Source of the DNA: Candidatus Omnitrophota bacterium | GTDB taxonomy: Bacteria > Omnitrophota > Gorgyraeia > Pluralincolimonadales > Pluralincolimonadaceae | DNA length: 64,000 bases | Reading direction: 5' to 3' | Assembly: GCA_041653595.1 (NCBI GenBank) | Contig: JBAZFB010000005.1 | Location: 32,075-96,074, forward strand | In this document: positions 19,825 through 28,356 of the stretch, piece by piece | How the letters are laid out: each line of letters opens with the position of its first letter | Position numbering within the stretch: position 1 is the stretch's first letter | Notes under the pieces: generated by a model | The model's database searches: none | What the model was told of the DNA's origin: nothing | Seen by the model: only the letters and a program-made list of their open reading frames with translations | Program-made: the position numbers and the translations under genes

Positions 19825-20951
19825 GCTTTTATGTTTCGAAATAGGTCCAGGAGGGCCTTCTTGCATTTTTCTATGTCGAGGTCATTTTCTACAAATCTTG
19901 CCGCGTTCTCTACGATCTTTTCCGTCCCTTTTTTGTCGGAATGGATCTTAAGGATAGCTTTAAATATCTCTTCCGGGTCCAATTTTTTGATGAGTATCCC
20001 GCTTTCGCCGTCTTTTACCCATTCGCGTATAGAAGGGATATCGTAGGCAATTACCGGGACCCTGCAGGCCATCGATTCTGCTATACTTGAAGGCGTGCCG
20101 TCGAAAGAGGAGATAGATACGGTGCAATCCGAAGCGCAATAAAGTAGGGGCATTTCTTCATAGGCCCTTTCTCCCGTAAAGATCACATTATTTTCAATCC
20201 CGATCTTACGGGCGAGCTCTTTGATATAGTTTAAATATCTGGTATCGGCGACATAAGTATGCAGCATCAAAACGATGTTAGGTATTTTGTCCTTCAATAA
20301 AGGGACCGACTTGACCAGCAGATCTACATTGGTATATGTGACCAGCCTTCTGGGGCAAAAAACCACGAATTTACCCGTTAGATCCAAGTCTCTTTTTATC
20401 TGTGCGGTATCGTACCTGTTATTGAACATCTTTAAGTCAACGCCTAAGCCGATATCGCCCATGATAACGACTATCTTTTTGCCGGGTATGCCGTTTTCAA
20501 GCAAATGTTGTTTGTGATCCTTACAGCCGACGATTATCATATCGCTTGTTTTGAAGATAAATTTCGCCATTAGTTTATTATGTATTAAATATCTTAGCCA
20601 ATTCGTAGATCTATGGCCGTATATGTCTATGCCCCCCAAAATAGTTATCATTTGGGGATGGAAACCGGAAAGCGCCGCTAATAAGCCGGGCGTTCCAAGA
20701 GCATAGTGGCATGTCAGCGCATCCGGTTTTATTCTTTTTATGATCTTTTTAAGTTCGAGGAGGTATTTTAAGAAAACGAAGGGGTTCTTATTGACGGGCT
20801 CAAAATGGGCTATTTCAGAGACATTTTTAATTGTATTGGCATACCTGTTATGATAAGATAACACATAAATTTGATGTCCCGCTTCGCCTAAAAAACGCAG
20901 CCACTTTTGGGTATGTGAGGTCAAAGGCTCTGCAATAAATAATATCTTCAT
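19821..20951 (-). CDS. Glycosyltransferase family 4 (only minus-strand gene of the locus)
   Basis: MKILFIAEPLTSH...GGIDIYG and a C-terminal GT-B region (ESMACRVPVIAYDIPSIREWV). Confidence 0.8.
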   Translation of the reverse strand: MKILFIAEPLTSHTQKWLRFLGEAGHQIYVLSYHNRYANTIKNVSEIAHFEPVNKNPFVFLKYLLELKKIIKRIKPDALTCHYALGTPGLLAALSGFHPQMITILGGIDIYGHRSTNWLRYLIHNKLMAKFIFKTSDMIIVGCKDHKQHLLENGIPGKKIVVIMGDIGLGVDLKMFNNRYDTAQIKRDLDLTGKFVVFCPRRLVTYTNVDLLVKSVPLLKDKIPNIVLMLHTYVADTRYLNYIKELARKIGIENNVIFTGERAYEEMPLLYCASDCTVSISSFDGTPSSIAESMACRVPVIAYDIPSIREWVKDGESGILIKKLDPEEIFKAILKIHSDKKGTEKIVENAARFVENDLDIEKCKKALLDLFRNIKA

Positions 20952-21041
20952 CGGTACACCTAGTCTAAGTCTGGTTAATTTATTCTGTTAATGGCAACAT
21001 TTTATCACAAAAGTCGATAAAACGGAACATATACGTCGAAG
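20952..21041. promoter_or_regulatory. Divergent intergenic region (minus-strand GT4 / plus-strand radical SAM paralog 3); likely bidirectional promoter
   Basis: This 90-bp gap between divergently oriented starts is the only strand switch and the only sizeable gap inside the glycan locus. AT-rich stretches include ttaatttattctgttaatgg. Confidence 0.3.
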
Positions 21042-22547
21042 ATGGATATGAAGGATAAAAAACAATTCCGCGTCCTGTTCGCCTCGCTGTTTAACGATGA
21101 GGCCTTGAATATAAGGCTGTTACATTCGATCGTCTACCATAAAGGTTACGATGCCCGGATGGTCTTTATCAAGAAATTCCCCATAAGGAACCAGAGAGGA
21201 CAAGAGTACCTGAAAAAGTCGTTTTTACACGAACCGAATGAATTGACAGATGCAGAATTACAGATCTTTGCGGATTTCGTCGTAGATTATAAACCCGATG
21301 TAATAGCATTCAGCCTGGTATCATCGAACTTCGAGCTTTATAAGAAAATATATAGCAAGATCCGCGGCCTAGGCGATTTTACCATTATAATAGGGGGCTG
21401 GCAGGCATCCCTCAACCCCGAGCATACCATACAATATTGCGATGCGTTATGTATCGGCGAGGGAGACGAAGCCATATCCGAGGTCGTTGACAACTTGTTC
21501 AACGGCCGGCCGATCGACCATTTGCAGAATTTATGGGTCAATAAAGGCGGGGCTACGGTCAAAAATGGCGTGCGGCCTCTGGTTAAGGACCTAAACAGCA
21601 ATCCCGTGCCGGTTTTTGATGATGAGACCGTATATTCCGTCGAAGACGGCAGTTTGATCCCGGGAGAGCCTTTTGTGAATAATGTCCGGTACGGCATCAT
21701 GGCCAGCAGGGGTTGCCCCTATAAATGCACATATTGCTCCAATGAATACATGGCAAACAAGGTTTATCACCGGGACTGGTCTAGGACCAGGCACAGGAGC
21801 GTCAGCCACGTGCTGTCGGAACTGTCCGAGATCAGGGCGAGATTCCCGAAAATAGAAAGGATAGATTTCCTGGATGAAGTTTTTATCCCGGACAAGGCAT
21901 GGTTGGAGGAATTTTGCGGCAAGTATCCGAAAGAGATCGCCCTGCCTTTTTACTGTTTTTTCTATCCCGGGACATGCTCAAGGGAGACGGCAAAAGCGCT
22001 GAAGGGAGCCATGTTGAACGGGGTATGGCTCGGCGTACAATCGGGCTCCGAGAGGATAAGGAGGGATATCTTCAAAAGGTTTTACCCAAATGAAAAAGTC
22101 CTGAAACAGGCGGAAGTATTCAAGGAATACGGCATAAATGTGAAATACGACTTCATTTTCGATAACCCGTTCGAAACATTCGAAGACTCGCTTGAAAGCA
22201 TCAAACTTATCCTGGAGCTGCCCCAGCCGTTCTACCTTAACCTGTTTTCTTTAAAATATTTTCCAAAGACCGAAATAACCAGTATGGCCCTGGAGCGCGG
22301 GTTCATCACAGAAGCCGATACAGATGATTTTTATAAACCGCCTGAAGGCGTGCAATATTATAAAGTAAATATCGACGGGAGGGACAACGACGTTTCTTTT
22401 ATCAACCGTTTGGCAATGTATATCTCTTTCCTGGCCCTGGAAGAGAAAGTAAACAAGAAAGATATAAACGAAATGGTAGACCGGTATTATGATAGCAGGG
22501 ATCTGGGTCCTGTGACAAAATTACTGAATCCCTACCTTACCGCCTAA
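21042..22547 (+). CDS. B12-binding domain-containing radical SAM protein (paralog 3)
   Basis: KPDVIAFSLVS...IIGGWQAS B12-like region, then SRGCPYKCTYC (CxxxCxxC). Confidence 0.85.
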   Translation: MDMKDKKQFRVLFASLFNDEALNIRLLHSIVYHKGYDARMVFIKKFPIRNQRGQEYLKKSFLHEPNELTDAELQIFADFVVDYKPDVIAFSLVSSNFELYKKIYSKIRGLGDFTIIIGGWQASLNPEHTIQYCDALCIGEGDEAISEVVDNLFNGRPIDHLQNLWVNKGGATVKNGVRPLVKDLNSNPVPVFDDETVYSVEDGSLIPGEPFVNNVRYGIMASRGCPYKCTYCSNEYMANKVYHRDWSRTRHRSVSHVLSELSEIRARFPKIERIDFLDEVFIPDKAWLEEFCGKYPKEIALPFYCFFYPGTCSRETAKALKGAMLNGVWLGVQSGSERIRRDIFKRFYPNEKVLKQAEVFKEYGINVKYDFIFDNPFETFEDSLESIKLILELPQPFYLNLFSLKYFPKTEITSMALERGFITEADTDDFYKPPEGVQYYKVNIDGRDNDVSFINRLAMYISFLALEEKVNKKDINEMVDRYYDSRDLGPVTKLLNPYLTA

Positions 22548-22549
22548 AG

Positions 22550-23374
22550 ATGGATAAGTCCGGAATAACGGGGAAGACTTACGGGTTTCTATGGACAAGG
22601 CCGGATGTCTTAAAGCCGGTAGAAAAATGGCATTTCGACAGGATGCAGGATGTAATAGATGAGCCGATAGTAAGGGGGGAGATCGGCATAGATGTGGGCT
22701 CAGGCTGCGGTTTTGACAGTTTTATCATGGCAAGGGACAACCCCTCTGTCCGGATAGTCAGCATGGATATTTCGGACGGGGTATTTACGGAAAAAAAGAT
22801 CACAGCCGGGCTTAATAATATTGAGATTGTCAAGGGTTCCGCTTTGGAGATCCCTTTAAACGGCGGGATATTCGATTTCGCCTATTCATTCGGCGTTTTG
22901 CACCATACCCCGGAACCTAGAAAAGGCTTAGCCGAGATCGCGCGGATTTTAAAGAAAGGCGCGCCTATTTTCCTGTATCTCTATGAAGACCATTCCGAGA
23001 ACTTTTTTAAATATATGGCCATCAAATTGATCGATCTTCTAAGGATGCTCACGACAAGGGTCCCCAAGAGGGTCCTTTATTTATTGTGTTATGCGTTTTC
23101 GCCGGTCATTTATTTATTTTTTACCGTCCCTTCAAAAATATTGGGAATGTTTAAAGCAACGGAAAAGATAGCCGAGAATGTCCCTTTTAATTTTGGAAAG
23201 GGGCCATTCTCGTTGAGGGGCGACCTTTACGATAGATTCGGCGCGCCCATCGAGCATAGGTTCGGCAGGTCTGAATTAACGGGTCTTTTGGAAGAAGCCG
23301 GGTTTACAAGGACAAAAATTTCGAGGATGAAGGATACGGCCGGTTGGGTCTGCTGGGGGCATAAGAGAAAATGA
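22550..23374 (+). CDS. Class I SAM-dependent methyltransferase
   Basis: GIDVGSGCGFDS (motif I) and VLHHTPEPRKGLAEIARILKKGAP (motif post-II/III). Confidence 0.8.
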   Translation: MDKSGITGKTYGFLWTRPDVLKPVEKWHFDRMQDVIDEPIVRGEIGIDVGSGCGFDSFIMARDNPSVRIVSMDISDGVFTEKKITAGLNNIEIVKGSALEIPLNGGIFDFAYSFGVLHHTPEPRKGLAEIARILKKGAPIFLYLYEDHSENFFKYMAIKLIDLLRMLTTRVPKRVLYLLCYAFSPVIYLFFTVPSKILGMFKATEKIAENVPFNFGKGPFSLRGDLYDRFGAPIEHRFGRSELTGLLEEAGFTRTKISRMKDTAGWVCWGHKRK

Positions 23375-25245
23375 TCAAAAACGAAAATATTATCTGCATA
23401 TCCAGCATAGACTGGGATTTCATCTGGCAGGGGCATCAAGAGATAATGCTGACTTTGGCCAAGAACGGCAATAAGGTGTTTTTCATAGAGAACACCGGGG
23501 TGCGGATGCCGGGAGTAAGGGACATCTCGCGCATTAAAAAGAGGCTCAAGAACTGGTTCAGGGGAGTAAAAGGAGTGAGAAAGGAATCCGCGAATCTTTA
23601 CATCCTTTCGCCGCTGGTCGTGCCTTTCCCGTATTTCAGGCCTGCCCGATGGATCAACAGGATAATGATCTTATCCGTCCTTAAAAAATGGATGAAGGCG
23701 CTAAATTTCACAAACCCCATAATCTGGGTTTTTCTGCCCACCGCCCTTACCCTCGATTTAGTAAAACAGATCGATAGTAAATTATTGATATACTATTGCC
23801 TCGATAACCTTAAGTTGGTCTCGTCTACGGCAAAAAAAGTTGAACAGTACGAGAAGAAGATAATTAAAATGAGCGACGTCGTATTCGTGACCGCAGACAA
23901 GCTCTATGAATATTGCGCTCAGTTTAACGATAAAGTTTACAAGTTCCCGTTCACCGTAAATATCGATAAATTCGATAGAAGTAAAATAGATACAACTTAT
24001 GTGCCTGAAGATATGAGGGATATTAAACGGCCGATAATCGGTTTTTCGGGCGGGGTGAGGAAATGGGTAGATACGGAATTGATAAAATTCCTGGCTGATT
24101 CACATCCCGGGTATTCTTTTGTTTTTGTAGGGCCTTTGCAGATGGACGTGGGAGAGCTTGCGCGGCTCAAGAATGTCCATTTTTTGGGGCAGAAAAACCA
24201 CGATGAGTTACCGAATTACGTGAATAATTTTGACGTCGCGGTCATCCCGTATCTCGTGAACGATTTTACGGAATGTATTTACCCGGCAAAGTTGAACGAA
24301 TACCTGGCCCTCGGGAAAAGCGTTGTTTCCACCGACCTCCCCGAGCTGAGGTCTCTGGGGAAAAGAGACGGCGGGGTGATCTACATAGCGGCCAATAAAG
24401 AGGAGTTCAGCTCCTGCCTTGGTAAGGCCTTGAAGGAACAAGATGATAGCGTCGTAGGAAAAAGGGTTTCCTATGCCCGCGAAAACAGCTGGGAGAACCA
24501 GATAGAGCAGATGAGCTCCATAATAGAGAAAGCCATCGAGAAAAATATGCTTCAAAACGAAGCCAACTGGAAAGAGAGATTACTTATTTTTTATCATACG
24601 GCCGGAAGGCGCTTAGTGCGTTTTGCGGCGGCTTTAGCGGTCATTTATCTTTTGGTTTTTTGCACTCCTTTGATCTGGTTCCTGGCGGAGCCGCTCAAGA
24701 TATCCGACACTCCCCGTAAGGCGGATGCGATAGTGGTATTTGCCGGAGGCGTAGGCGAATCCGGCAAAGTAGGACAGGGCTACCTGGAAAGGACCGAATA
24801 CGCGGTAGAACTTTATAAGGCGGGATTCGCAAAAAATATCATTTTTTCGTCGGGATACATGTATATATTTAAAGAGCCGGTCATGATGAAAACCCTCGCC
24901 GTGTCGCTGGGAGTGCCGGAGGGATCGATCATCCTTGAAGACAAGGCGATGAGCACTTATCAACATGTCAGATTTTCAGAAGAGATGCTGAAAAGTAAAG
25001 GATGGAATAAGATCCTATTGGTGAGCTCCCCATATCATATGCGCCGTGTCTCATTGGTATTTGAAAAGACCGGCAAAGGGATAGAAGTGGCTTATACTCC
25101 GGTGAAGAAGAGCTCGTTTTATAAGCACAAAACCAGCAATATTTATGCCGGATGGAACTTGAAACAGATAAGCCTCGGGCAGATAGAAGGCATATTCCGC
25201 GAGTATCTGGCCATCGCTTATTATTGGTGGAAGGGCTATATTTAA
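23371..25245 (+). CDS. Fusion protein: TuaH-like GT4 glycosyltransferase (N-terminal) plus DUF218/YdcF/SanA-like domain (C-terminal)
   Basis: N-terminal ICISSIDWDFIWQGHQEI is typical of TuaH-type GTs. The C-terminal ADAIVVFAGGVG...YHMRR block is typical of DUF218. Confidence 0.65.
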   Translation: MIKNENIICISSIDWDFIWQGHQEIMLTLAKNGNKVFFIENTGVRMPGVRDISRIKKRLKNWFRGVKGVRKESANLYILSPLVVPFPYFRPARWINRIMILSVLKKWMKALNFTNPIIWVFLPTALTLDLVKQIDSKLLIYYCLDNLKLVSSTAKKVEQYEKKIIKMSDVVFVTADKLYEYCAQFNDKVYKFPFTVNIDKFDRSKIDTTYVPEDMRDIKRPIIGFSGGVRKWVDTELIKFLADSHPGYSFVFVGPLQMDVGELARLKNVHFLGQKNHDELPNYVNNFDVAVIPYLVNDFTECIYPAKLNEYLALGKSVVSTDLPELRSLGKRDGGVIYIAANKEEFSSCLGKALKEQDDSVVGKRVSYARENSWENQIEQMSSIIEKAIEKNMLQNEANWKERLLIFYHTAGRRLVRFAAALAVIYLLVFCTPLIWFLAEPLKISDTPRKADAIVVFAGGVGESGKVGQGYLERTEYAVELYKAGFAKNIIFSSGYMYIFKEPVMMKTLAVSLGVPEGSIILEDKAMSTYQHVRFSEEMLKSKGWNKILLVSSPYHMRRVSLVFEKTGKGIEVAYTPVKKSSFYKHKTSNIYAGWNLKQISLGQIEGIFREYLAIAYYWWKGYI

Positions 25246-25274
25246 AATAAGATGCCAAACAAAGGAGAAGGAAA

Positions 25275-25805
25275 ATGAAGTTTATCGATGAGAAAGGGAA
25301 AATATTCGGCAGGATCAACCTAATTGATTTTCTGGTGATCCTGTTCTTGCTGGGCCTTACGCCGGTCTTTTATTTAGGGAATAAGGCATTGACGCATAAA
25401 TGGGTGGTTAAGGATTACAAGAAAATCTCGATAAAGATCAAATGCGCCAGCGTCATGCCCGAATTAGCGGGTTTTTTCCGCGAAGGGGACTTAGTCAAGG
25501 ATAACGACGGCAATACGATAGGGGTCTTAAAGAAGATCATCAGCAACGTACCTTCGGAGATCATCACTATAAACCAGTTCAACCTGAGGAACAACGATTA
25601 TTTTTTGGTCCCGAACCCGAGCGGCAGGGATGTCGTGTGCTTATTTGACGTAAATTGCACGGAAGAGAGAGGGGTTATATTTTTTAACAATTACGCCGTG
25701 AAGATAGGGAATAGCGTTGTATTAAATACTGATAGTTATAATTTCCAGGGCGTGATAATAGATTTTGACCGTACGGCCTTAGCGGAGAAAAAAGGGGATA
25801 AATGA
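25275..25805 (+). CDS. DUF4330-like protein
   Basis: MKFIDEKGKIFGRINLIDFLVILFLLG N-terminus matches the remembered DUF4330 consensus. Has a single TM segment. Confidence 0.5.
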   Translation: MKFIDEKGKIFGRINLIDFLVILFLLGLTPVFYLGNKALTHKWVVKDYKKISIKIKCASVMPELAGFFREGDLVKDNDGNTIGVLKKIISNVPSEIITINQFNLRNNDYFLVPNPSGRDVVCLFDVNCTEERGVIFFNNYAVKIGNSVVLNTDSYNFQGVIIDFDRTALAEKKGDK

Positions 25806-26152
25806 ACCAAAAAGTGATAGAGGAAAGCAAGGTCGCGGCGTGGCTGGCCGGTTTCTGCGGTGAATCGCGGTCGACCATCGCGGGTTTAATTAAAAACAGC
25901 AAAACAGCAGGCTTGTTATCAAGGATTAAACAGGGATTTTTCAGTAAAGCGGCCAGATCGGCGTCTATTTTTATATTTACGGCGGTCACGGTGAATATTT
26001 TTTTGGATTTGGCGCTTCACAAGGAAATGAGTTTACCCGATATGATAATAAAAAGCGCGGTCTTGATTTTATGCCTGGGCGGATTTTCCTGCGAAACCGG
26101 TTGGCAGGAGATAAAGAAGAACAGTTTTATTTTAAGTAAAATTTTTAAATGA
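25802..26152 (+). CDS. Small hypothetical membrane protein
   Basis: 116 aa with two hydrophobic segments. Overlaps both neighbours by 4 nt. Confidence 0.4.
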   Translation: MNQKVIEESKVAAWLAGFCGESRSTIAGLIKNSKTAGLLSRIKQGFFSKAARSASIFIFTAVTVNIFLDLALHKEMSLPDMIIKSAVLILCLGGFSCETGWQEIKKNSFILSKIFK

Positions 26153-27327
26153 CCCCGAAAAAACTGAAGGTCCTCAGGATCATCGCCCGCCTGAATGTAG
26201 GCGGCCCGGCCATTCACACCATCCTCTTGACGCAAGCCTTAAACGACGAATATTACAGGTCTATCCTGGTTACGGGCAGGGTCGGTATCGATGAAAAGGA
26301 TATGGGCTATTTGGCCAGGGAGAAAGGCGTAGAACCGCTTATCATCCCGGAATTGGGGCGAAGGATCGATCCGGTAAACGATCTCATAGCGCTATGGAAG
26401 ATGTACTTGATCATGCGGCGGGAGAGGCCGGATATCGTGCATACCCATACAGCCAAGGCCGGTGCATTGGGAAGGGCCGCGGCAATTTTGGCAGGGGTCC
26501 CGGTCAGGATACACACTTTCCACGGGCATATATTTGAGAGTTATTTCAATAGTCTCTCCGCCGGCATCTTTCTTTTCATAGAGAGATCTTTGGCTTTTTT
26601 TTCCAAATATATAGTGGTGGTCAGCGAGACGCAGAAAAAAGAGATAATTAAAAAATATAAGATAGCCGGCGATGAAAAAGTAAAAGTAGTGCCCCTGGGC
26701 CTGGAGTTGGATGTGTTATCTTCGATCGGGTCGAGGAAGGGGAAGCTCAGGAATGAGCTGGGTATCGGCAATGACTGCGTCCTGATAGGGATAATCGGAA
26801 GGCTCGTTCCGGTCAAGAACCACAGGATGTTTTTGGATGCCTGCAAGAAGTTATTCGATACGGCAGGGGGACGGGATATAAAGTGCATCGTGATCGGTGA
26901 CGGGGAAGAGAGGACAGGGCTTGAAGGATATGCGGAGAAGTCAGGGATCCGCGAGAAGATCGTCTTTCGCGGTTGGAAAGAGGGGATGGCCGATGTATAT
27001 GCGGACCTGGATATCATCGCCCTGACATCGCTTAATGAAGGCACTCCCGTAGCTTTGATAGAGGCGCTCGCTGCCGGCAGGCCTGTCGTATCGACCGATG
27101 TGGGCGGCGTGAAGGATGTGGTGGAAGACGGGATAAATGGCTGTCTCGTCGCTTCGGGAGATGCCGCAGGTTTCGCAAAACGTCTCCTTGAGCTGGCCGG
27201 GGATCCTGAAAAAAGGGACGAATTCGGCAGGAACGGCCGCCGGAAAGTCCTGCAGAAATATTCCAAAGAGCGCCTTGTGAAGGATATAAAAGCCCTTTAC
27301 GAAGAGGCGCTTCGCCGAAGGGATTGA
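26149..27327 (+). CDS. Glycosyltransferase family 4
   Basis: VHTHTAKAGALG...EGTPVALIEALAAGRPVVSTDVGGVKDVV (EX7E). Confidence 0.85.
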   Translation: MTPKKLKVLRIIARLNVGGPAIHTILLTQALNDEYYRSILVTGRVGIDEKDMGYLAREKGVEPLIIPELGRRIDPVNDLIALWKMYLIMRRERPDIVHTHTAKAGALGRAAAILAGVPVRIHTFHGHIFESYFNSLSAGIFLFIERSLAFFSKYIVVVSETQKKEIIKKYKIAGDEKVKVVPLGLELDVLSSIGSRKGKLRNELGIGNDCVLIGIIGRLVPVKNHRMFLDACKKLFDTAGGRDIKCIVIGDGEERTGLEGYAEKSGIREKIVFRGWKEGMADVYADLDIIALTSLNEGTPVALIEALAAGRPVVSTDVGGVKDVVEDGINGCLVASGDAAGFAKRLLELAGDPEKRDEFGRNGRRKVLQKYSKERLVKDIKALYEEALRRRD

Positions 27328-27388
27328 GGCGTATTGCAAAATCGTATCAGATAACTTATAATAGAGTCCTACAAAAGGAGATAAATTC

Positions 27389-28354
27389 GTGAATTACCTG
27401 ATCACGGGAGGGGCCGGTTTTATCGGCTCCCATCTGTCGGACAAACTGGTGGGAGAGGGACACAAGGTGACCATCCTTGACGATCTTTCTACCGGGAAGA
27501 TAGAAAACGTAAAACATCTCGAGCGCAATCCCGCTTTCCAGCTTGTTGTCGGGACGATCCTTAACCAATCCCTCGTGGACAAGCTGGCCGAACGCTGCGA
27601 CGCCATATTCCATCTTGCGGCCGCGGTCGGGGTCGAGCTTATCGTAAATCATCCCCTCGAATCCCTTACGACGAATATTAAAGGAAGCGAGACCGTCATG
27701 GAGATGGCGTATCGCTACCATAAAAAGGTCCTCATTACGTCCACGTCCGAGATCTACGGTAAGAATACGCAGGGGCCGCTGAAGGAGGACCAGGACAGGA
27801 TACTCGGCTCGCCCCTTAAATCGAGATGGAGCTATTCGACCGCCAAGGCGGTGGACGAGATGCTTGCCTACGTATATTGGAAAGAGAAGAACGTCCCGGC
27901 CACGATCGTCAGGCTTTTTAATACCGTAGGGCCCCGCCAGTCGGGGGCATACGGTATGGTCGTCCCGAGGTTCGTGAAACAGGCTCTCGAGAACAGGGAT
28001 ATAACCGTTTACGGTTCCGGGAAACAATCAAGGTGTTTCCTTCACGTAAAAGACGTTGTGAATGCCCTTCCGAAAGTCATTGAAAACGAAAAGGCCTACG
28101 GGCAGGTCTTCAATATCGGAAGCCAGGAAGAGATCACGATCGAAGGGCTTGCTCAAAAGGTCATAGAGATAACGGGTAGCCGCTCAAAGGTAGTCCGCAT
28201 ACCTTACGAAAAGGCCTATGAGGAGGGCTTCGAGGACATGGAGAAAAGGGTCCCTGACACGACGAAGATACGCAACCTCATAGGATTCAGGCCCACCGCG
28301 GACTTAAAGACTATCATCGAAGACGTTGTTATGTATACAAAGGAAAAGGCTTAG
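27389..28354 (+). CDS. NAD-dependent epimerase/dehydratase (UDP-sugar 4-epimerase/decarboxylase-like)
   Basis: LITGGAGFIGSHL and a YSTAKAVDEML (YxxxK) block. GTG start preceded by AAAGGAG. Confidence 0.8.
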   Translation: MNYLITGGAGFIGSHLSDKLVGEGHKVTILDDLSTGKIENVKHLERNPAFQLVVGTILNQSLVDKLAERCDAIFHLAAAVGVELIVNHPLESLTTNIKGSETVMEMAYRYHKKVLITSTSEIYGKNTQGPLKEDQDRILGSPLKSRWSYSTAKAVDEMLAYVYWKEKNVPATIVRLFNTVGPRQSGAYGMVVPRFVKQALENRDITVYGSGKQSRCFLHVKDVVNALPKVIENEKAYGQVFNIGSQEEITIEGLAQKVIEITGSRSKVVRIPYEKAYEEGFEDMEKRVPDTTKIRNLIGFRPTADLKTIIEDVVMYTKEKA

Positions 28355-28356
28355 CC

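Noticed and set aside
26541-27266. 241-aa Ser/Pro/Thr-rich minus-strand ORF antisense to the GT4 at 26149-27327
   Set aside because: This is a low-complexity antisense translation of a motif-supported GT4 gene.
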